A DNA stretch of 64,000 nucleotides from Vicinamibacterales bacterium (GTDB lineage: Bacteria > Acidobacteriota > Vicinamibacteria > Vicinamibacterales > UBA8438), in NCBI GenBank assembly GCA_965207265.1, contig OZ242279.1, positions 4,049,691-4,113,690 of the forward strand, read 5' to 3'. Position 1 is the stretch's first letter; each line of letters begins with the position of its first letter. The notes beneath the pieces were generated by a model, which worked only from the letters and a program-made list of their open reading frames with translations, had not been told where the DNA came from and ran no database searches. The position numbers were made by a program, and so were the translations under genes. Positions 54,342 through 61,745 of this stretch are shown in pieces.

Positions 54342-56336
54342 GTGACGGCTCGGCATCGAACCGGCTTGGCGGCGTTGGCGATGGCGGCGGCTCTGCTCGT
54401 CGGTGCGGGCGCGTTGCCCGGCAGCCTCGTACTCGCCCAGGACACGGACGCCACCGGCGTGATCGCCGGCAGCGTGACCGCCGACCATGGCGAGGTGCGC
54501 GCCCTGCGGGTCAAGGCGCACGACACCGTCCGCCGCATCGCCTACGCGGTCTACACGCACGACGGCCGCTACCGGATCTTCAACCTGCCGCCGAGCACCT
54601 ACGACGTCAGCGTCGTCGAGGAGGCGTTCGAATCGCCGATCGCGACCGTGGAGGTGAGCGCGAACGCCGCAACGACGGTCGACATCGCGCTGACGGCGCT
54701 CGGCGCCGGACCCGAGCAGGGCGCCGCGGCGCGCGGCGCGTCGGCCCAGCGCAACTACGGCGGCGGAGCGGCGGACGGTCGGGCCGTGGAGATCGTCGAC
54801 TTCGACACCCTCTACCCGCCCCACCCGGCCCGCGACGTCATGCTGCGCTCCTGCTTCGGCTGCCACGGCCCGGCCGGCTTCCACCGCCGCGGACCGCGCA
54901 ACGAGCGCGGCTGGCGCCGGGCGGTCGACCGGATGTTCGACATCGACGGCCGTGTCGCAAACATGGCGCCAGGCGTGCCGCAAATAACGCACGACTTGGT
55001 GTCGGTCGCGGAGAAGGAGCTCATCATCCGGTACCTGACCGACAACTTCGGTCCCGGGTCGACGCCCCGCGACCTCGAGCTCGACCCGCTCGTCCGCGAC
55101 GAGGAGGCGCTCTCCGAGGCGGTCTACATCGAGTACGAGCTGAAGCGCGGGCCGCAGCGGCTGCTCTCGAACGGCGCGCCGCCGCGCGGCAGCATCCACA
55201 GCGTCTTCGCCAGCCGCGCCGAGCCGGGGGTCATCTGGGTGTCCGGAAACGGCTCGAACTCCATCATCCGCATGGACAGCCGGGACCCGGACTTCGAGAC
55301 CCGCACCGACGAGCTGTGGATCGAGAACGAGGAGAACATCAACGTCACGCCGCACGGCATCGTCGAGTACCGCGCACGCGTCTACTGGGTCGAGCTGACC
55401 GGCGATCACTTCGGCGAGCTCGATCCGGCCACCGGCGAGATGAAGCGCTACCCGCTGCCCACGACGGGCGCCGGCCCGCACAGCGTCTGGGTCGATTCCC
55501 GCGGCAGCTTCTGGTACACCTACTTCGCCTCGGCCGGCCGCATCGGCCGCTTCGATCTCGCCGCCGAGGACTTCACCGAGTGGGAGCCCCTGTCCGGATT
55601 CAGCGGCTACGGCATCGTCGTCGACCGGCAGGACCGGGTCTGGGCGGTCGGCCTGCATACGCCGGCCATCTACATGTACAACCAGGAGACGGCCGCGTGG
55701 CGGTCGTACCCGCTGGCGAATCCGGCGCGGCGCCCCGCCATCGACTCCGAGGGCAAGATCTGGGCGGCGCACTACTTCGGCAACGCCATCTCGAAGATCG
55801 ACCCGGTCACGTCGGCGGTCACCGAGTACGTGCTGCCGCTCAAGGACGGCAACCCCTACGACGTCTGGCCGGACGACGACGACAACCTGTGGGTCGAGAA
55901 CGGCATCTACAACTCGCTGGTCCGCTTCGACCAGCAGACGAACGAATTCACCTACTTCCCGTTCCCGGAGCTGCGGGCGCACACGCCGAAGCTCGACCGC
56001 GACGCGGAAGGCACGCTCTGGTTCACGCTGCGGGGACCGTCGGGACCGGGCGTGGCGGCGCTCAAGCCGCACGGCAACGTGCCGGCGGAGCCACTCGGTG
56101 AACGATTTCCAGCCACGACTGGTGGATTCAGATTTCCAGCCGCGCAACGGTCGATTTCCAGCCGAAAGCGGGACTTCCGCGGGCTGGAGACGCTCGGCGC
56201 GGCTGGTGGTGGCCGCCGTTCGAGGCGGACGCGAGATACCAGGAGACGGCGTCGGGTGGCGTTCGTCGTGGCAGACTTCCGAATGCCGGCGGAACCGCTG
56301 CCGAGAAACCCGGCACCGGTCAGGAGATTCAGGTGA
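54342..56336 (+). CDS. secreted multidomain protein: carboxypeptidase-regulatory-like domain + CxxCH haem-binding segment + virginiamycin-B-lyase/NHL-like beta-propeller; the last ~75 codons look non-coding
   Basis: Signal peptide, GVIAGSVT…YRIFNLPPSTYDV, CFGCHG, and repeated …G.HSVWVDS.G.FWYT… blades. The family-like end is at …LKPHGNVP (~56,090). No stop occurs until the GTGA overlap at 56,334. Confidence 0.75.
   Translation: MTARHRTGLAALAMAAALLVGAGALPGSLVLAQDTDATGVIAGSVTADHGEVRALRVKAHDTVRRIAYAVYTHDGRYRIFNLPPSTYDVSVVEEAFESPIATVEVSANAATTVDIALTALGAGPEQGAAARGASAQRNYGGGAADGRAVEIVDFDTLYPPHPARDVMLRSCFGCHGPAGFHRRGPRNERGWRRAVDRMFDIDGRVANMAPGVPQITHDLVSVAEKELIIRYLTDNFGPGSTPRDLELDPLVRDEEALSEAVYIEYELKRGPQRLLSNGAPPRGSIHSVFASRAEPGVIWVSGNGSNSIIRMDSRDPDFETRTDELWIENEENINVTPHGIVEYRARVYWVELTGDHFGELDPATGEMKRYPLPTTGAGPHSVWVDSRGSFWYTYFASAGRIGRFDLAAEDFTEWEPLSGFSGYGIVVDRQDRVWAVGLHTPAIYMYNQETAAWRSYPLANPARRPAIDSEGKIWAAHYFGNAISKIDPVTSAVTEYVLPLKDGNPYDVWPDDDDNLWVENGIYNSLVRFDQQTNEFTYFPFPELRAHTPKLDRDAEGTLWFTLRGPSGPGVAALKPHGNVPAEPLGERFPATTGGFRFPAAQRSISSRKRDFRGLETLGAAGGGRRSRRTRDTRRRRRVAFVVADFRMPAEPLPRNPAPVRRFR
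56104..56163 (+). promoter_or_regulatory. three direct copies of GATTTCCAGCC upstream of the metalloprotease gene (candidate operator/regulatory repeats)
   Basis: The copies lie at 56104-14, 56131-41 and 56153-63, in a stretch with lower third-position GC than the flanking genes. Confidence 0.35.
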
Positions 56337-58222
56337 GATACGCGGCCAACACCAAGAGGGGCCGGCTATTGCGCCGCTCTGTTCTTCTGGCGGTCCAGTG
56401 CCTTCTCGTCGGTCTCGTCGGTCTCGTCGGTCTCGTCGCTAACGTCGGCGCCCAGCCGAGCGACGGCCTGTTCGTCGCCGAGGCGCCGCCGTTGGCGCCG
56501 GCCGCTCCCGACAGAGCGGCTCGGGACGCCGCGTCCGTGCTGCGTAACCGCTTTGCACGTATCGATGACGATATCCTCACCGCCGCGCGCTTGCGCGTCG
56601 ATGACCCGGCCGCCCGGCCGGCCGTGGTCCGGCTGAACCTGTTCGATGACGTCGTGCTCGACGCCGCGGTCCACGATACGGGGCCGACGTCGGCCGGCTA
56701 CTGGCTCTCCGGGCATATCGAGGGGTCGCCGCCGGGCACGCTGGTCCTGGTCGTGAACGGCGACATCGTGGCCGGCACCGTGCTGGCTCCGGCCGGCACT
56801 TACTCGATTCGGAGCATGGGCGACGGCGTTCTGGCCATTCGGCAGATCGATTCTTCGTCGCTGCGGCGGGTGTTCGAACCGGCGTTGTCGCGGCTGCAGG
56901 CTTCGCCTCCCGGTGGCGGACCCGATCGCGTCCAGCCCATCACGTGGCCGCCGCCGTCATCGCAGGCAGCAGCGGCAGGTGACGAGGAGGACGGATCGCG
57001 GATTGATGTTCTCGTCCTCTACGACCCCCATGCGAGGACCTATTTCGGCGGGCACGCCGGAATCAGGGCAGAGATTGACTTGGCCGTCGCCGGAACCAAC
57101 GAGGCTTTCGCAACAAGCGGTGTGATCCAGCGGATTCACGTGGTGTCGGCGCAAGAAGTGGATGACCTCCACGGGGAGGCAACCAGGAGACTCCGCGACC
57201 AGTTGGCAGCCGATATCGTCTTCCAGGTCGACGGGGACCCGGAACTCTGCGGCCCGGGCCATCTGGGAGGCTGCGGCGGAGCGTCCGTTACGTTGTACGA
57301 ATCGCTGCAGGGCGAGGTTCGAACGTACGAGCACCGCGCTTATGCCTTCTTGTCCCCCGACCATCTGAATCCGGTGAACTTCGCACATGAGCTGGGTCAC
57401 GTGATGGGGCTTTGGCACGACCGCTATACCGTTCAGAAGTACGGCGATTTCCTGGCTACCGACAACTGCAGCGACGGCGTCCCCTGCGCGGTCAGCTACA
57501 AACCTTACAGCTACGGCTATGTGAACCAGCGGGCCTTCGATGCCGAGGCGCCGGCATCGAGCCCTTGGATAACGATCATGTCCTACTATGAACAGTGCAA
57601 CGACTCGGGTCTGCAGTGCAGTCAGACGTTGCGCTTCTCCAATCCGGACCAGACGTACAACGGCGATCCGCTCGGTGTGCCGGGCGATGAACGGTCGTCG
57701 GACGTGACCGGGCCGGCGGACGCGCGACGCTCGCTCAACGACGCGCGGCGCATCATTGCCAACTACCGCGTGTCACCCTGTCTGCGAGGAGGGTCCGGGA
57801 TTCGGCTGCAGGCAAGAAACGGGCAATTCCTGACGGCCGAGCGGGGCGGCGGCGGGACGATCACGGCGGACCGGGACGAGGCGGGCGCCTGGGAACGCTT
57901 CGAGCTGGAGGTGCGGGACGGCGGCTGTGCAGAGTCGGGCGACGCCGTGTCACTCCGCACGTCGGACGGGTTCTATCTCAGGGCGGAACTGGGCGGTGGC
58001 TCGGGCCTCGATGCGACCGGCGCGTTGGCCGGGGCATGGGAGACCTTCACGGTGCATCGGCCAGCCGGTGATGGGGCAATCCGGAGCGGCGACTCCATCG
58101 CGCTCGAAGCATCGGACGGCCACTACGTCGTTGCAGTACTGGGCGGCGGCGGCCCGTTGAATGCGGGCGGCACCCGGCTCATCGAAGCCTGGGAGACGTT
58201 CAGAGTCAGCGCGAACCCGTGA
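56333..58222 (+). CDS. secreted metzincin (reprolysin-like) zinc metalloprotease with a C-terminal triple fascin/beta-trefoil-like repeat
   Basis: AGGAGA Shine-Dalgarno sequence, signal peptide and HELGHVMGLWHD motif. Three ~45-aa repeats each contain …G.FL.AE.GGG…AWE.F…. A 9-nt x4 tandem (TCTCGTCGG) at 56404-56439 encodes LVGLVGLVGLV in the signal peptide. Confidence 0.8.
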   Translation: MRYAANTKRGRLLRRSVLLAVQCLLVGLVGLVGLVANVGAQPSDGLFVAEAPPLAPAAPDRAARDAASVLRNRFARIDDDILTAARLRVDDPAARPAVVRLNLFDDVVLDAAVHDTGPTSAGYWLSGHIEGSPPGTLVLVVNGDIVAGTVLAPAGTYSIRSMGDGVLAIRQIDSSSLRRVFEPALSRLQASPPGGGPDRVQPITWPPPSSQAAAAGDEEDGSRIDVLVLYDPHARTYFGGHAGIRAEIDLAVAGTNEAFATSGVIQRIHVVSAQEVDDLHGEATRRLRDQLAADIVFQVDGDPELCGPGHLGGCGGASVTLYESLQGEVRTYEHRAYAFLSPDHLNPVNFAHELGHVMGLWHDRYTVQKYGDFLATDNCSDGVPCAVSYKPYSYGYVNQRAFDAEAPASSPWITIMSYYEQCNDSGLQCSQTLRFSNPDQTYNGDPLGVPGDERSSDVTGPADARRSLNDARRIIANYRVSPCLRGGSGIRLQARNGQFLTAERGGGGTITADRDEAGAWERFELEVRDGGCAESGDAVSLRTSDGFYLRAELGGGSGLDATGALAGAWETFTVHRPAGDGAIRSGDSIALEASDGHYVVAVLGGGGPLNAGGTRLIEAWETFRVSANP

Positions 58223-58551
58223 GGACTCTCCGGCTTCGTGATGCCGGGAGAGCCCCCGTCCTGCGGCCCGGGCGCGTGCCGCCTACTTGCCCGCGAGCTG
58301 CGCCCTGAACTCCGCCTCCAGCTCCGCCTCCCACGCGACCCGGTCCTCGATCTGGTCGCGACGGGTCTGCAGGCAGTCGAAGCAGAGGGTGCCGGGGATG
58401 GCGTAGCCCTCGCCGTCGGTCGGGATCCCGCGCTCCTCCATGAGCTCGCGCAGCAGCGCCGAGGTTGTGCTTCTGCGCCTTGTAGAAGTCCGAGTAGCTG
58501 AAGCCGTCGGCTACTTCCCGCTCGACAAGGGCGGCGCCGACTTGTGGTGCC

Positions 58552-59166
58552 ATGTACGTCAATGGCACCGGCGTGGCGCGGGACGACGAGCTGGCCGTAT
58601 CGTGGTTCCGTCGCGCAGCCGAGCAGGGATTCGCTGCTGCGCAGAGCATCCTCGGCCTCTCGTACCTCAATGGCAGGGGCGTGGCGCAGGACGACGAACT
58701 TGCCGTGTCTTGGTTCCGCCGCGCAGCCGAGCAGGGACACGCCGAAGCACAGAACAACCTCGGTGCCATGTACGTCAACGGTCGCGGCGTGGAGCAGGAC
58801 AGCGAGCTGGCCGTGTCCTGGTTCCGCCGCGCGGCCGAGCAGGGGCACGCCACCGCACAACAGAACCTCGACAACCTGCGCGAGACCGATCGCGGCACGG
58901 ACACCGGGGCTGGCGCGCTAGGTCGAGGAGACATTCGCGTGTCAGAGGGCGACGTAGTGTCCAGGCCGAGAGATTGCGATCGGGACACCGGCTGCGACGG
59001 CACTCTCAACGGCGTCGAGGGCCGTTTCTCCTGTAGCGGTGAGACTGTACGTAGCGAGACCGGCAATTTCCGGTTCCAAGCCACCGGGACCTGCCTGATG
59101 GGCTTGGGTCCGGGGGGCGTTGTCCGGAACGCCATCAGCTGGGTCTTTACACCCAGCAGTCCGTGA
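58552..59166 (+). pseudogene. Sel1-repeat protein, 5'-truncated
   Basis: Three Sel1 units (…DDELAVSWFRRAAEQG.A.AQ..LG..Y.NGRGV…). The ORF begins in the middle of a repeat, and an in-frame TAG lies at 58495. No signal peptide. Confidence 0.55.
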
Positions 59167-59207
59167 GACGGCAACGCGTTGCCGTCCCCGGCGAGCGCCT
59201 TCGCCGG
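59167..59207 (+). terminator. two consecutive GC hairpins after the Sel1 fragment
   Basis: A perfect 20-nt palindrome GACGGCAACGCGTTGCCGTC (59167-86) is followed by CCGGCGA-6 nt-TCGCCGG (59188-59207). Confidence 0.5.
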
Positions 59208-59255
59208 ATCTGGCTCGACAGTGCGGAACTGTACCATCGGAGGAGAGGAGTCACC

Positions 59256-59756
59256 ATGCGCGCACCACAAGCTCGGATCGTCGCCGTGACCGCCACCCTG
59301 GGGCTCCTGGCGACAGGGAGCGCAGGCTGAGCACAGAAGCCCGGCTATCGCGTGGCAGTCGGGCAGCTCACCGTGACCAGAGCGACGGGGTGGGATGCTC
59401 TCTCCACCACGGATTTCCAGGTCCAGGTCCTACGTCAGGACCCGGTTGTCGAGGCGAGAGTCACGGTGCTGAACAGCCGGATGAGAGAGCTCGCCGACGA
59501 AGTCGGGCAGCTTCGTGAGCAGATCCGTCAGATTGAACTCAAGGAAGCCCAATCGAGGAGTAGGCCGGGACCACCGCTCACGGACGTGGAGCGCCAGTTG
59601 CTCGCCTCGCTCTCCGCAATGCCGTCGTCAGAGCGGCGACAGATCCACCGGGAGGAACTGAATCGCCTCAACCGCAAGGTCGAGGAGAACAGGCGCCAGC
59701 CCGGACCGCCCTTGACCGCCGACCAGGAGGCCCGCCTGCGATCTCTCGAGGTCTAG
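59256..59756 (+). pseudogene. signal-peptide-bearing coiled-coil / C2-like protein interrupted by an in-frame TGA at 59328
   Basis: GGAGGAGAGGAG Shine-Dalgarno sequence, then ATG 59256 and MRAPQARIVAVTATLGLLATGSAG, then TGA. The same frame continues AQKPGYRVAVGQLTVTRATGWDAL… (listed ORF 59352..59756). Confidence 0.5.
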
Positions 59757-59766
59757 GCGACGGGAC

Positions 59767-60072
59767 ATGGTGCGTGGGTGGCAGGGTACGAGCAACGAGC
59801 ATTTCCGCACCCTGGCCCTGATAAGCGGTCGCACGAGAACGATAGACAGCGACTCTCAAACGTTGGACTTCGACTCCGGGCCGGTGCTGACTGTCTACGA
59901 AGGGGATCTTCTCCAGGTCACGGTGATCGACGAGGATGTCCTCAAGCACGACCTGATTGGCCGGCACGCGCTCGCCGCCACCCGCCAGATTCTCGAACGG
60001 GGGTCCGTCGATCTGGGGCCGGCGGGTTCCATCCGGTCGCTGGAGTTGCACTTCGCGCCGAGTTCACGATGA
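59767..60072 (+). CDS. C2-like beta-sandwich fragment/small protein
   Basis: …LTVYEGDLLQVTVIDEDVLKHDLIGRHALAATRQI… resembles the C-terminal strands of C2 domains (L.V.V.D.D…D.IG). It is in a different frame from the preceding ORF. Confidence 0.4.
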   Translation: MVRGWQGTSNEHFRTLALISGRTRTIDSDSQTLDFDSGPVLTVYEGDLLQVTVIDEDVLKHDLIGRHALAATRQILERGSVDLGPAGSIRSLELHFAPSSR

Positions 60073-60642
60073 ACCTGCGCGGCAACGGGTTGACGCTGGC
60101 GCGTTGTGGGCCTCGTCGGCTGCCAAGGGTTGTCCGGCGCCCCAGAGCCCGAAGTCCGTCCGGGCCGTGCAGTCTTTCACAGCGACGAGCGAGATGACGG
60201 CGTGAGGCCGATCTCGCTCTCCCGCCGTGCTATCATCCGCCCTTGTGGACCTTTGAACCCGCCGCGAGCTGCCGCCGCTGAGCCCGACCCGGGCGCGGGT
60301 CGGCGACACGCTGCACGACGGCGATGGGACGCGCGTCGTCGTCGATGCGTTCACGACTAACAGGCGGTCAATGACGGGGCCGGGCAGTGCCGGCTGTTCG
60401 CCGACGACGCCAGCGACGGTCACGCGCTCGAGGCGGGTCGAGGTGGCGTGATGGAGCTCGAGGCCGTGCGTGCGCAATCTCTGGAAGGCCGACCTCAGCG
60501 TCGCCGGCTGGCAGACGGGGCCGATCCCACGTTCGACGGCGACCGAGCGGTCGCCCGACTGGACCCCAGGGGCGGACCGTCTTCACTCCAGTAGCCAGCA
60601 TCCGTGCCGTCGCCACCAGTACGGGAACCGGAGTCAGTCCAT

Positions 60643-61143
60643 ATGTCGCGACGAACCAATATCCGGGTGGTGGTCACTTGCTCGCTTGCGTTGCTGATCG
60701 GCTCGTGCGGGGACGATCGGCCGACGTCTCCGACGGGGCCCACGTCTACCCCGAGCACACCGGGCGTGACCGTCACCGGCAACTGGTCCGCGGCGTTCGA
60801 GGGCGAGTTGTTTTCCGGCGACGGACAGGTCGGACTGACCCATAATGGTACGAGGGTGACCGGCGATTGGTCCCTGCCGATGCCTGGGTCGCTCGTAGCC
60901 CTCGGTGCGCCCGGAGACGTCGACCTAGCCGGTTCCGTCACCGGAACCGCGACGCCGACCAATGCCGCGCTTTCTTTTGGTTTCCTCGAAGCGTTGGCAC
61001 CTTATTTTGGCGGCACCGACTGCGCACTCAATGTGGATGTCACTTCCCTCGACGCGATGATGATGGGGGCCATTTGGACTACCGACGATTCGTGTCAGCG
61101 GCCGGTCAAAGATGCGGGCACGCTCACCCTTATACGCCAGTAG
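60643..61143 (+). CDS. hypothetical lipoprotein
   Basis: MSRRTNIRVVVTCSLALLIGSCG (lipobox), then a Pro/Thr linker. The ATG at 60643 was verified. Confidence 0.6.
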   Translation: MSRRTNIRVVVTCSLALLIGSCGDDRPTSPTGPTSTPSTPGVTVTGNWSAAFEGELFSGDGQVGLTHNGTRVTGDWSLPMPGSLVALGAPGDVDLAGSVTGTATPTNAALSFGFLEALAPYFGGTDCALNVDVTSLDAMMMGAIWTTDDSCQRPVKDAGTLTLIRQ

Positions 61144-61359
61144 ACAAACAGTCAGGTGCGCCGTGAGAAGGCGTCTGGCAAAGCGCAACGACGTCTTCGA
61201 AGGCCTGGCCGCGCACGCCGCGAATAGGCCCCCACAGTCCAGTGCCGAACGACTCTCCAAGTCAATTGACTAAAACTGCCCACCAGCGGCATGTCCTTGC
61301 CGACTATGACTTGCACACGTCGCGTAAACGTCCCGTCGGCGTTTTCCTCGCCTGGCGGG

Positions 61360-61725
61360 GTAGTAGACCCTCTTCCTTCCCTGCCAGTTGTAGCCGTTAT
61401 ACCAGGTCCGGATCAGATCGCGGTCCAGGTCCGGCAGCTCCGGCGCAAACACCGTGTCCAGGTCCGCCTCGGTGTAGCCGCAGATCGTCGAGTAGCCGGG
61501 GTCCAGGGTGATGTCGATGAGGTTGTTCAGGTCGGAGAACAGGCTGACCTTGGAGAACCTGCTCACCCCGGTGATGAAGGTGAGCTCGACGTGCGCGTCG
61601 CAGTCCTTGATCGTGCCGTACAGTCCACGCAGGTCGTCACGGTTCGCCTTCGCGTTATCCGGCTCGTCCAGCGCGTCCAAGGATCGGCTTGTCGTACTCG
61701 TCCACCAGCACGACCACCCGCCAGT
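61360..61725 (-). pseudogene. internal fragment of an AAA-ATPase-like (predicted AAA-ATPase / PDDEXK_9 family) gene, truncated at both ends and frameshifted near 61,680
   Basis: VVVLVDEYDKPIL / DALDEPDNAKANRDDLRGLYGTIKD…ELTFITGVSRFSKVSLFSDLNNLIDITLDPGYSTICGYTEADL…WYNGYNW. It lies in two frames and begins within ~25 nt of the neighbouring gene's stop. Confidence 0.65.
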
Positions 61726-61745
61726 CCGACGGCGGGCGACGCCGG

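Noticed and set aside
59328-59330. In-frame TGA as evidence of an alternative genetic code or selenocysteine.
   Set aside because: TGA terminates most well-supported genes in this window. The genome is high-GC, unlike known TGA-recoding lineages. No obvious SECIS-like stem-loop follows the codon. A nonsense mutation or base-call error is more parsimonious.
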